From the IMG/VR virus record IMGVR_UViG_3300028571_002227, positions 1 to 57,879 of that record: 57,879 bases of DNA, one strand, 5' to 3'. Position 1 is the stretch's first letter, and each line of letters opens with the position of its first letter. Source of the stretch: a virus. Taxonomy: Duplodnaviria > Caudoviricetes. The notes under the pieces were generated by a model. That model made no database searches, was not told the origin of the DNA, and saw only the letters and a program-made list of their open reading frames with translations. Position numbers and translations under genes: made by a program. Below are positions 1 through 8,969 of the stretch, piece after piece.

Positions 1-69
1 ATGGTAGACGCAGTGGACTCAAAATCCACCGAGCTCAAACTCGTGCCGGTTCGAGTCCGGCCTTCGGTA
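1..69 (+). tRNA. tRNA-Leu(CAA), 5' end truncated by window edge
   Basis: D-loop TGGTAGACG; anticodon arm GTGGA-CTCAAAA-TCCAC (CAA at 20-22); long variable arm; T arm GCCGG-TTCGAGT-CCGGC; 3' acceptor strand CTTCGGT-A. Confidence 0.95.
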
Positions 70-70
70 A

Positions 71-104
71 ATAAAAAAGCTCTCAGAAATGGGAGCTTTT
101 TTAT
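71..104 (+). terminator. Rho-independent terminator of the tRNA
   Basis: ATAAAAAAGCTCTC-agaaat-GGGAGCTTTTTTAT hairpin with T-run. Confidence 0.85.
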
Positions 105-110
105 TATATT

Positions 111-372
111 TGTATTTTATCATGTAAAATGATTTGGACAGATAGTTTAATCTCAAACGGACGTTCAAGCTATAAGCGAGTTTGAGGCTTGCTTTTTTGC
201 TATTTTTAGTCGGAAGCTAGTTTGATTTGTTTTCATTCTTTTGCATCCATTTGCAGGTTTATTGCATGGTTTGATTTGGATTTGTATTGCCAAAATCAGG
301 CTTCCGACTTAGGCACATAAGGGTTTTAAGCCAATGCAAGAATTGTGCAAGTGGTTTGATTTGAAACGGACG
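111..372 (+). repeat. Left end (attL-like) with repeated transposase-binding motifs
   Basis: 20-bp motif at 144-163 (AGTTTAATCTCAAACGGACG) and 353-372 (GGTTTGATTTGAAACGGACG); partial GTTTGATTTG copies at 219-229 and 265-278. Confidence 0.7.
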
Positions 373-408
373 TGAATTGTTACAATTGCTCTAAAAAACA
401 CTAAAAAT

Positions 409-427
409 CCTGTCAACAAATTGACAA
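409..427. promoter_or_regulatory. 19-bp dyad motif (TGTCAA-N4-TTGACA) upstream of transposase module 1
   Basis: CCTGTCAACAAATTGACAA; exact reverse complement at 4038-4056. Confidence 0.55.
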
Positions 428-565
428 CTTTTATTTCTATAACATTTTATCCCTAGAACTTTATATATACGGCTCCTCCGACTGCCATTTTTATTTTGAT
501 TCAGAACAGACACAAAACTCGGAAGTGGAGTTCCAATTTCCCACCCCAAGAGTTATCGTGTTGGT

Positions 566-2524
566 ATGGAAGAATATATAGATATAAAAAAAGTGGCGGA
601 AGTCAAACATATTAGCTCTCGGGCGGTTCGATTGGCTATTCAAAGTGATAAATATATCGCTCGTGAGGTTAAAACTCGAGGGGGCATAACCTATGAAATC
701 CTTATTTCATCACTTGAACCTGATATTCAAGGCTTTTTTAAACTCAAGCCGGAAGTCTTTTATTACCCAACACTTCCGTCTTCTGTATTCATTCCTGATA
801 CGGCGAAGACGGTTGCCCTTGCGAGAATTGATTTAATAAAGCAATGGCTTAAATTTAGAGTCCAACATTCACCAAGATATCAAGGTGATAAATTATTTAT
901 TGAAATGTACAACAGCGGAGCATTTTTAAAAAGACTATTTAAAATTGTAGGAACAACATCTCGAGGTTCGCTTCAAAGATGGAAGCAGATTTATGATGAA
1001 GTCGGAACGTGGGAATCTTTAACTCCACAGTATAGATATTCCTGCATGAATAGTTATAAGACAATATTGACAGATGAAATGTTGAAAATATTTTTAAAAA
1101 TACTTCTGCACCCGAATCAATTTAATATAGGAAAATCAATTAATTTGACAATTCAAATACTAAAGACCAACGGGATTGATGATATTCCATCAATCCCGAC
1201 ATTTAGAAGGTATGCTGAGAATTTTAAAAAGTATAATTATGACAAATGGGTTCTGATGCGAGAAGGTGAAAAAGCTCTGAAAGATAAAGTGGAGCCATAT
1301 ATTGAAAGAGACATTTCAAAACTGGAAGTGGGCGACGTACTAATTGCCGATGGTCATAAGCTAAACTTCCAAGTAATTAATCCATTTACAGGCAAGCCGA
1401 CTAGAGCAACTCTAGTCGGCTTTTTAGATTGGAAATCAGGAGCGTTAGTTGGCTATGAAATTATGCTTGAGGAAAATACTCAATGCATTGCATCTGCTCT
1501 TCGAATGGCTATTTTGAACTTAGGCTTAATTCCTAAAATTGTTTATCAAGATAACGGCAGGGCGTTCAGAGCAAAATATTTTCAGAGTTGCAGTTTTGAG
1601 GAGTCAGGCTTTAATGGGGTTTATCAAAACTTTGGCATAAAATCAGTTTTTGCAAAGCCCTACAACGCTCGGGCGAAAGTAATCGAGCGTTTCTTTTTAG
1701 AATTCCAAGAAGAGTTTGAAAAACTTCTGCCGAGTTATACAGGGACTTCAATTCAGATGAAACCTGCAAGGTTAAAGCGAAACGAAAAACTGCATAAACA
1801 AATGCATAATGATTTTATTCCCACAATAGAACAGGCAATAGGGTTCATTGATTATTGGCTTGGGTATAAACATTCAAAAGGTTGTCCTAACGATAAAAGC
1901 AAATCTATACAGGAAGTCTTGGATAGTGCTCAAAAACAAAACATAGATAAAAATAAACTTGACGACTTAATGCTGAACACCGATTTGAAAACCATTCAAA
2001 GGAATGGTATCAGGTTCTTGCAGACAAATTACAATCACGATAAATTATATGGATTGAAGGAGCGAGTGATTATCAGGTACAGCCTGTTTGACTTAACCAA
2101 AGTAAAAGTTTACTCTGATAAAGGTGAATTTATCTGTGAGGCAAAACGGGTTGAAAAGACGCACCCGATGGCATATCACATGGGGACAATTAAGGATATG
2201 GAAGACTTCAAACAGAAAATTCAAAAGCAGCAAAAAATAAGGAATAGAACGTTGAAAGCGGTTAGGAAATATTTACCTGCTGATGATATTAAATTTCTAA
2301 AAATACAGATGGAAGAAGAAATTATTGAAACAAGTGCAAAAATTATTGAGTTAAAGCCTAAAAAAGAAACGCCGAGAGAGGAACAAATAAATAAACTTTT
2401 TTTTACTTCAGACTATGAAAAATATGAATGGCTGATTGAAAAAGGGTGTACCAATAGTGAGGATAGAGCTTGGCTTACAAACTATATCAGAAGTGATGAA
2501 TACAACAATTTATACGGAGATTAA
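566..2524 (+). CDS. Mu-type DDE transposase (MuA/TnsB-like), copy 1
   Basis: N-terminal HTH; catalytic motifs IADGH, YQDNG, KVIERFF; Mu-transposase C-terminal region (RNGIRF...IRY). Confidence 0.92.
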   Translation: MEEYIDIKKVAEVKHISSRAVRLAIQSDKYIAREVKTRGGITYEILISSLEPDIQGFFKLKPEVFYYPTLPSSVFIPDTAKTVALARIDLIKQWLKFRVQHSPRYQGDKLFIEMYNSGAFLKRLFKIVGTTSRGSLQRWKQIYDEVGTWESLTPQYRYSCMNSYKTILTDEMLKIFLKILLHPNQFNIGKSINLTIQILKTNGIDDIPSIPTFRRYAENFKKYNYDKWVLMREGEKALKDKVEPYIERDISKLEVGDVLIADGHKLNFQVINPFTGKPTRATLVGFLDWKSGALVGYEIMLEENTQCIASALRMAILNLGLIPKIVYQDNGRAFRAKYFQSCSFEESGFNGVYQNFGIKSVFAKPYNARAKVIERFFLEFQEEFEKLLPSYTGTSIQMKPARLKRNEKLHKQMHNDFIPTIEQAIGFIDYWLGYKHSKGCPNDKSKSIQEVLDSAQKQNIDKNKLDDLMLNTDLKTIQRNGIRFLQTNYNHDKLYGLKERVIIRYSLFDLTKVKVYSDKGEFICEAKRVEKTHPMAYHMGTIKDMEDFKQKIQKQQKIRNRTLKAVRKYLPADDIKFLKIQMEEEIIETSAKIIELKPKKETPREEQINKLFFTSDYEKYEWLIEKGCTNSEDRAWLTNYIRSDEYNNLYGD

Positions 2525-2527
2525 ATT

Positions 2528-3259
2528 ATGAAAAAAGCATTTATTAAAACAAGAAACGTCAAAAACTTCGTTGCCCTTATGGAAAACTTAAAAAAATGCC
2601 CCAGCAATATTCCCAAAATGGCACTTGTGTATGGAGGACATGGACTCGGAAAATCGCAAACTATTTTATGGTGGGCAACAAATAACGATGCTGTGTATGT
2701 AAGAGCAAATCAGGGAATGACAAGCCGATGGCTTTTATCTGAAATAGCTGAAGAGCTTGGAGAAGTACCGTTTTGGCATACGCAGGAAACCTTTAATTTA
2801 ATAGAAAAAAATCTAAACTTAAATCAAAAGATTATTATCGTTGATGAAATTGATTATTTAATTTCAAATCAAAACACAATAGAAACCCTGAGAGATTTGC
2901 ATGATAGAACAGGAGTTCCAATAGTTCTGGTCGGAATGGGAATGGCGGACAAGAAAATTGCAAGATACAAACACCTTGAAGATAGATTTTTTGAGAAGTT
3001 AAAGTTTGAACATTTTAATCAACAGGATATTTCTGAAATAATTTCTCAGTTATCAGATATTAAATTTACAGATAATGCTATTGAATATTTGTCCATTCAA
3101 TCAAATCAATTCAGGCAAATAATTAAATTAATTAATAAGATTGAAAAAATGGCGAATACTAATAATATCAAAGAGATTGATGAATACACTTTAAAGGAGA
3201 TATTAAATGGACAACAAAATACAAAGGCTATGCAAAAGATTAAACAAATTTACGCTTGA
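2528..3259 (+). CDS. AAA+ transposition ATPase (MuB/TnsC-like) without N-terminal HTH
   Basis: Walker A GGHGLGKS, Walker B IIVDE, LRDLHD...PIVLVG motif; directly follows transposase. Confidence 0.9.
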   Translation: MKKAFIKTRNVKNFVALMENLKKCPSNIPKMALVYGGHGLGKSQTILWWATNNDAVYVRANQGMTSRWLLSEIAEELGEVPFWHTQETFNLIEKNLNLNQKIIIVDEIDYLISNQNTIETLRDLHDRTGVPIVLVGMGMADKKIARYKHLEDRFFEKLKFEHFNQQDISEIISQLSDIKFTDNAIEYLSIQSNQFRQIIKLINKIEKMANTNNIKEIDEYTLKEILNGQQNTKAMQKIKQIYA

Positions 3260-3884
3260 AGAGATTTCTTTGATAGCAGAACTTGATAAATCTGAAACAA
3301 AAAAAATTCTTAACGATTTAATCAAAACAAATTTTCTTAAAAAGAAAGATGACATATATATTTATATCGGGGGAATAAAAAAGACAAAACAAGAAAACCA
3401 ATTGCCTTTGATGTTTCAGTTTCATTCACCTGAAACTATTGAATTAATTATTAAATGTTTTTGTGCGGAAATCGAGGTTGATAAAATTGTTAAAATACTT
3501 TCACCACAAAAACATTGTATAAATAAATTCTTTGCTTATTTTAGAGATAAAATTTATGAACAGCAGTTTACGGCATTAAATAAGCATATAGAGGAAAATC
3601 CTTATATTCCTCGTGAGCGAGATTATATGGGCAAAAAAGTTCATTTATACCTTTATGAATATAAATTATTTGTTTCTACTAAATGTTTAAATGGCCCCGT
3701 TTCAAAGAATTATAACAATGATGAAAGATTGGAAATAAAAAATGTATATTTAAGATCTTACAGAAAAGTTCAAAATATTGCTTACAAAAAATATTTTCAT
3801 CTGCACCTGACCGAACAAATTTGGAGATATGGAAAAGAATTTAAACAATTGAACGAAGAATTATTCGATTTGCTATTTTTATAA
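3207..3884 (+). CDS. Winged-HTH protein fused to a degenerate IS1595/IS1016-like transposase scaffold; candidate target selector
   Basis: N-terminal wHTH-like FTLEEISLIAELDKSETKKILNDL; IS1016-like IIKCFCAEI...INKFFAYFRDKIY and FHLHLTEQIWRY; no DESYFGG catalytic segment; overlaps ATPase gene. Confidence 0.55.
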   Translation: MDNKIQRLCKRLNKFTLEEISLIAELDKSETKKILNDLIKTNFLKKKDDIYIYIGGIKKTKQENQLPLMFQFHSPETIELIIKCFCAEIEVDKIVKILSPQKHCINKFFAYFRDKIYEQQFTALNKHIEENPYIPRERDYMGKKVHLYLYEYKLFVSTKCLNGPVSKNYNNDERLEIKNVYLRSYRKVQNIAYKKYFHLHLTEQIWRYGKEFKQLNEELFDLLFL

Positions 3885-4037
3885 TTCAAACATTAAGAAA
3901 TATTAAGAATTAGTTGACAGTTCCATGGACGAGGGAAAATACATTATGTAGATTTGCTTTGGCGTAATATTTTAATTTTGCGAGGTAAAGTCCGAACCCT
4001 GAAAATGGAATAATAGTGGGAAATGTTTTTTTAAATT

Positions 4038-4056
4038 TTGTCAATTTGTTGACAGG
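4038..4056. promoter_or_regulatory. Second copy (inverted) of the 19-bp dyad motif, upstream of module 2
   Basis: TTGTCAATTTGTTGACAGG is the reverse complement of 409-427. Confidence 0.55.
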
Positions 4057-4199
4057 CTGAAATCCACTTACTGACTAAATAGTAGCGTATTGGAATATAA
4101 TAGCTTTATTGGTATTTGCACCTAATTGATTTGACATAGTGATAATTATTTTGCACTTACGACAAACAGTGACGGCGTAGTCAATTTAGGAATGAAAAA

Positions 4200-4391
4200 A
4201 TGAGCGATGGTATTACAAGTAAAAGTCAGCTTTGGAGAAAAATGACAATATTGTTATTAGACATTAGAAATTCAGAAATAGCAGATGAGTTGCATATTTC
4301 CAAAAGTTTTGTTAGTAAAATCATATGCGGCTCAAGAAAACATCCAGAATTTGACTCGTGGTTGATTAGTAAAGTCCTTAATTTAGACTAG
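4200..4391 (+). CDS. Ner/Cro-like small HTH regulator
   Basis: NSEIADELHISKSFVSKIICGSR HTH; position directly before MuA as for Mu ner. Confidence 0.75.
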   Translation: MSDGITSKSQLWRKMTILLLDIRNSEIADELHISKSFVSKIICGSRKHPEFDSWLISKVLNLD

Positions 4392-4405
4392 CGAGGATTG
4401 ATTTA

Positions 4406-6394
4406 GTGAAACAAGGACATTTATCCCAAAACAATAATACCGAAAATATTTGGCTTTCACAGAATGAAGCCAGTACACTTTTGGGTATAAAAGTTAAAAC
4501 ATTACGACAAAATTGTAGAGATGGAGTATTCCGCTTTAAAATTAGACAAATAGATAATAAATCAATTTATTATGTCTCGTTGAGTTCATTGCCTGAAAAA
4601 TATCAAGAAATATATTTTAAGATTGATACAACTATTCCTGAAAAAGATATCGATAACGCTTATTCCAATGCTCCTGAATGGGCAAAATCCAAAGCAGAAA
4701 AATATATTTCGATAATAAATGCCTGCAAAGGCTTGTCAGGGAATCCATTGGAGGAGTTTGTTATTCAGTGGAATAAAACAAACCCAGATTTAAAAACCTC
4801 ATATCCTAGCGTAAATAGAATGAGAAGAAGATTTGAAGAGCTTGGAATATCAGGACTTCTAGCCCAATATGGCTGCAGATATGGTGAAACTGTTATTGGC
4901 GAAGCAAGTTTTGAATATTTTAAAAACCTCTGCCTAGTTGAAGGTGCTCCCTCGCTGTATTCATGTTGGGAAATCACAAGAGGCTCTGCAATAAGGCAGG
5001 ATAATATAGATAAAGACAATTTCCCAAGCTATCAAACATTTAGAAGAAGATTAGAGCGAGAAGTTCCAAAACAAGCAATTTATCTCGCCAGGTATGGACA
5101 TTCAAAATGGAACAAAAAATACGGTAGTTATATCGAACGAGATTATTCAACAATTACTTGTGGCAAAGTTTGGGTGGCCGATCATGCACAAATTGATGTC
5201 GGATGTATAACCAGTGATGGAAAAGTCGTTTTCCCTTGGGTTACAGCGTGGCGTGATTTTAAATCTGGCAAATGGCTTGGCTGGATTTTACAAACCGGCT
5301 CACCAAATTCAGACCATATTTTTCAAAGTTTTTATTACTCGGCTGATGAATATGGTTTGCCAACAGATGTCATTATTGATAACGGAAAAGATTTTCGATG
5401 CAAGGATTTTGCAGGTGGCAGGAAAGTCGTAAGAGTTGATACTAATACTGCAAAAACAACCTCTATGCTTCAAGAATTGAATGTGCAAGTCCATTTTGCC
5501 TTACCTTACAACGCTCAAACGAAACCAATCGAAAGAGATTTTTTGAAAATAAAAGAATTATTATCAAAACATTGTGTCGGCTACAGAGGCGGAAATGTTG
5601 TCGAACGTCCTGAAAAACTCGTTACCGAAATAAAGCAGGGCAAATTAATGCCGTTTGATAAATTCAAAGAAATTTTCGATGATTTTATTATTAATATTTT
5701 GAATAAACGTCCATCCCAAGGGAAAAATTTAAAAAGTTTATCGCCGAATGAATTATTTAATCAAGAGTTCAAAGAAAAGATTACTGTATCAAAAGATGCT
5801 TTAAAATTATTCTGCATGAGAACTTCAAGAACTTATACCATCGGCAGAAATGGGATTAAAGACGGAGAGCTTGATATTAATTATTGGGCTGATTGGATGA
5901 TTTCTCACTATGGGGTGAAAGTATATTTGAGACGGGATATTCAAAATTATAAAGAGGCTTGGGCATTTAAAGAAGAAAATCAAGAATTTGTAGGCAAGAT
6001 TTTTGCAACAAAAGCGGTAGTTGCACTTAATGCCGACAAGATTTCCAAGGAAGAATTTAAAGAAGCTATCGGAAATAAAAAACGTGTTCAAAAGATTGTT
6101 CAAGCTTATGCGAAACAAACTCAAGAAATTGGGATTGAAGAACAATGCCAAAACTACAAGGCTGCATACTTGAATTCAAATGCTGAAGTATCCCCAAAAG
6201 TTTCTAAAATAGCCAACACCAATATGGATAAAGCTGTTAGAAAAAACAAAAAGCAAGAATCAAAAGGCAAGCAAAATTTATCTATTTTAACTGATGATTC
6301 AACTACTACTGAGAAATTTTCCGAAAAGTTTTATTTATTTGAAACAGATTTATTGTTAGAGCAAGAATCAAAAGGAGTTAAATATGGATATTAG
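4406..6394 (+). CDS. Mu-type DDE transposase (MuA), copy 2
   Basis: N-terminal Mu-type HTH (WLSQNEASTLLG...YYVSLSSLP); VADHA, IIDNG, KPIERDF catalytic motifs. Confidence 0.92.
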   Translation: MKQGHLSQNNNTENIWLSQNEASTLLGIKVKTLRQNCRDGVFRFKIRQIDNKSIYYVSLSSLPEKYQEIYFKIDTTIPEKDIDNAYSNAPEWAKSKAEKYISIINACKGLSGNPLEEFVIQWNKTNPDLKTSYPSVNRMRRRFEELGISGLLAQYGCRYGETVIGEASFEYFKNLCLVEGAPSLYSCWEITRGSAIRQDNIDKDNFPSYQTFRRRLEREVPKQAIYLARYGHSKWNKKYGSYIERDYSTITCGKVWVADHAQIDVGCITSDGKVVFPWVTAWRDFKSGKWLGWILQTGSPNSDHIFQSFYYSADEYGLPTDVIIDNGKDFRCKDFAGGRKVVRVDTNTAKTTSMLQELNVQVHFALPYNAQTKPIERDFLKIKELLSKHCVGYRGGNVVERPEKLVTEIKQGKLMPFDKFKEIFDDFIINILNKRPSQGKNLKSLSPNELFNQEFKEKITVSKDALKLFCMRTSRTYTIGRNGIKDGELDINYWADWMISHYGVKVYLRRDIQNYKEAWAFKEENQEFVGKIFATKAVVALNADKISKEEFKEAIGNKKRVQKIVQAYAKQTQEIGIEEQCQNYKAAYLNSNAEVSPKVSKIANTNMDKAVRKNKKQESKGKQNLSILTDDSTTTEKFSEKFYLFETDLLLEQESKGVKYGY

Positions 6395-7262
6395 AGATGA
6401 ATTACGGAGCATAATGCTTAATAAAAAATACAGTTTTTCTGCGGTTGCAAAAGCAACCGGAATATCACAAACGGTGATTAATCTATGGTTAAACAATAAT
6501 TACACGGGCAAAAATGATAAGGTTGCAGATACTATTAACAATTTTGTACAAAGAGAAAAAGAACGTAATTTCAAAAATATAATTCCATACGTTGAAACAT
6601 CAGTTGTTAAATATATTCATGAGGTGGCAAGATTATGCCATACGAACGGCGAGATTGGCGTTTGCTACGGTGAATCAGGACTTGGTAAGACTATTGCAGT
6701 AAAGGAATATTCAAAGCTGTATTCCGACTCCATCTTGATAGAAACTGACCCCGGTTACACAACAAAATCTTTATTGTGCGAAATGCACAAACGGCTTGGG
6801 CTTTCTTCTAAAGGATGTTCGTATGATTTGATGGATGAAGTTGTAAGAAAATTAAGCAACTCAGGAAGATTATTGATAATTGATGAAGCTGAAAACCTAC
6901 CATATAAAGGCTTAGAGGTTTTAAGAAGAATCCACGACAAAACCGGTGTAGGAATGCTTTTAATCGGAATGCCGGCACTGGTTGAAAATTTGAGGGGCAG
7001 CCAAAATCAATACAGGCAGCTTTATTCAAGAGTTGGATTTTCAAAATCATTGGATAGACTTTTGCCTGTTGATGTTTCTAATATTTTAAAATCAGTTGAC
7101 GAAGATTTAAAACTTTGCCCAAGCTTTTTGACTTACTCAAACGGTAATACTAGAACTCTGGCGAAGCTTATATTAAGAGCGCCGAGTGTTGCTAAATACA
7201 ACAAAAAAGAAAAATTGGACACTCTGATAATAAAGCAAACTTCGCAGTTGATTATGGTCTAG
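6384..7262 (+). CDS. MuB-like ATPase with N-terminal HTH
   Basis: HTH SAVAKATGISQTVINLWL; Walker A GESGLGKT; Walker B LIIDEAE; QLYSRVG. Confidence 0.92.
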   Translation: MDIRDELRSIMLNKKYSFSAVAKATGISQTVINLWLNNNYTGKNDKVADTINNFVQREKERNFKNIIPYVETSVVKYIHEVARLCHTNGEIGVCYGESGLGKTIAVKEYSKLYSDSILIETDPGYTTKSLLCEMHKRLGLSSKGCSYDLMDEVVRKLSNSGRLLIIDEAENLPYKGLEVLRRIHDKTGVGMLLIGMPALVENLRGSQNQYRQLYSRVGFSKSLDRLLPVDVSNILKSVDEDLKLCPSFLTYSNGNTRTLAKLILRAPSVAKYNKKEKLDTLIIKQTSQLIMV

Positions 7263-7272
7263 GAACAGGAAA

Positions 7273-7416
7273 ATGACAAAAAACGACAAACTATTTTATA
7301 TTTTTATAATCGTCTTAATTCTAATTATACTTGGAGTTCAGATTGGGATTGCCCATGGTCGAAAATTACAAATTGAAGATATAAGGAACGATAATGATTA
7401 CATCTGCTCAAATTAA
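7273..7416 (+). CDS. 47-aa single-pass membrane protein (not in ORF track)
   Basis: MTKNDKLFYIFIIVLILIILGVQIGIAHG...; RBS CAGGA; fills the gap in the early operon. Confidence 0.6.
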   Translation: MTKNDKLFYIFIIVLILIILGVQIGIAHGRKLQIEDIRNDNDYICSN

Positions 7417-7861
7417 AAAAATTCATACACTCAAAAATATATTACATCTTGATGATGAACTTTATGTTGAACTGTTAATGAGTTTTGGCGTGCATAGCTC
7501 TAAAAAATTGACATCTACGGAAGCAAATATTTTTGTTGAGATTTTAGAAGAAAAAGCAATTTTGACTAATAAATGGGTGATAAGAAATAAAAAATTCGAA
7601 GATTTAAGTTCTAGGGTTAATTCAAATGAAGTGGCTATGGCAACGCCGCCTCAGCTAAGAATGATTGAATCAATATGGCGAGAAATTTGTTATGTCGATA
7701 CCGATGAATTTGCAAAGCAATCACTCAGAAAATTTCTACAAAATAAATTTAAAATTAGTGACTTAAAATTTCTAACTAAAAACACTGCAGTTAGAGTTAT
7801 ACGTGCAATTTTGCAAATAAAACAGAACGTAAAAGGGTCAAAGTTGCCCTTTGTAAAGTAG
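7394..7861 (+). CDS. gemA: GemA/gp16 family protein
   Basis: QIKKIHTLKNILHLDDELY...SSKKLT and ATPPQLRMIESIW motifs; Mu early operon position. Confidence 0.8.
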   Translation: MITSAQIKKIHTLKNILHLDDELYVELLMSFGVHSSKKLTSTEANIFVEILEEKAILTNKWVIRNKKFEDLSSRVNSNEVAMATPPQLRMIESIWREICYVDTDEFAKQSLRKFLQNKFKISDLKFLTKNTAVRVIRAILQIKQNVKGSKLPFVK

Positions 7862-7881
7862 AAAATAAAGGAGAAACAAAA

Positions 7882-8115
7882 ATGGACGAACAGTCAAAAA
7901 TTGTAGGACTTATTAAAACTCAAATTAAGGAGTTGGAGGATCAATTAACTCAGGCAAAGATTGAGTATGCCGACAGCTCTTTAGCCGAAAATGATTGGCA
8001 GTGTAAAAATGACAGAAGAATGAAATGCAAAGTAATTGAATCTCAAATTTTCATTCTTCAAAAGGTGAAAAAAGAAATTTTGACGATGTTTACAAGACAA
8101 TTTGTAAACGCCTAA
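7882..8115 (+). CDS. Hypothetical coiled-coil phage protein
   Basis: Strong RBS AAGGAG; in early operon. Confidence 0.7.
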   Translation: MDEQSKIVGLIKTQIKELEDQLTQAKIEYADSSLAENDWQCKNDRRMKCKVIESQIFILQKVKKEILTMFTRQFVNA

Positions 8116-8179
8116 GTCGAAACACAGGGCTAACAGTGCAAGCCCCGTGTATTGAAGTGTTGCTTCAACTGACGAGACT
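8115..8179 (+). ncRNA. Type II hammerhead ribozyme
   Basis: AGTC-GAAA-CACAGGGCT[loop]AGCCCCGTG-TA-TTGAAG[loop]CTTCAA-CTGACGA-GACT: full core GAAA/GUA/CUGAnGA with stems II, III and I. Confidence 0.88.
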
Positions 8180-8193
8180 AAAAGAGGACTTTT

Positions 8194-8493
8194 ATGGATT
8201 TTGAAATTAAACCTTGGATAGAAAATATAACGGCAGAAGATATGCCAAATGATGATTTAAGATTTATCGCTGAAAAAGCAGGTCTAAAATCAGCACTTGC
8301 TCTTATTTTCTTTACCCCAGGACTTAATGTTTCCATCCCCAAAACAGCATTCAAGCAACTAAAAGACAAATATATTTTGAATAATTATAGTGGCGATAAA
8401 TACTCGATGAATGATTTATCCGTAAAATGTTCGGTTTCCCAAAGATATATTTACCGATTGATAAAAAACAAAATCAAACCCCAAAACCCTTAA
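8194..8493 (+). CDS. mor: Mor/C family transcription activator
   Basis: IAEKAGLKSALAL...GLNVSIPK; C-terminal HTH DLSVKCSVSQRYIYRLI; last gene of early operon. Confidence 0.8.
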   Translation: MDFEIKPWIENITAEDMPNDDLRFIAEKAGLKSALALIFFTPGLNVSIPKTAFKQLKDKYILNNYSGDKYSMNDLSVKCSVSQRYIYRLIKNKIKPQNP

Positions 8494-8519
8494 TTCCTAA
8501 CCACTCCAGACCATTAGTC

Positions 8520-8544
8520 GCCCTCTTATATGAGGGCTTTTTTT
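8520..8544 (+). terminator. Rho-independent terminator of early operon
   Basis: GCCCTC-ttatat-GAGGGC-TTTTTTT. Confidence 0.85.
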
Positions 8545-8607
8545 ACTCAATAAAATGCAATTTTTATGATAAGATAAAAGAAATTAATAAGGAGATAAAT
8601 ATTACAA

Positions 8608-8871
8608 ATGAAAGATTTATTAGAAAAATATATGGAACGAATTAGTTCATGGCAGTCTCAGGTTAAATCAGGTGAAATAAACAAATCAGCAGATTTCCCT
8701 GAAGATGAATTGAAGGAAATGATGAGTTTCTTTTCTGACCGTGAGAGTCCTTTAAATAGAATACATGCAAATTTAGACTCAATGCTTGATAACAGAGATA
8801 TTACAGAAATTGAGGCACACTTAGAAGATTGCTGGGTAATCCTGAATAACGCCTTAAAGCAGTATAAATAA
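8608..8871 (+). CDS. Small acidic hypothetical protein (moron)
   Basis: RBS AAGGAG; stand-alone gene followed by GAGCTC...GAGCTC hairpin at 8875-8896. Confidence 0.65.
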   Translation: MKDLLEKYMERISSWQSQVKSGEINKSADFPEDELKEMMSFFSDRESPLNRIHANLDSMLDNRDITEIEAHLEDCWVILNNALKQYK

Positions 8872-8969
8872 ATAGAGCTCCTCTGAGGAAGAGCTCGGTA
8901 GTTGTAAGATAAATCATGATTCATTTTAACCATGTTTTTTGGTTATAGCAAATTTGTTACAATTAAAAT

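Noticed and set aside
1-69. Integrase-type attL/attR duplication of the tRNA 3' end
   Set aside because: No second copy of the tRNA 3' end was seen near the tyrosine recombinase or the right end
566-3884. CRISPR-associated transposon or canonical Tn7
   Set aside because: No cas genes, array, TnsA or TniQ zinc-finger protein in the window
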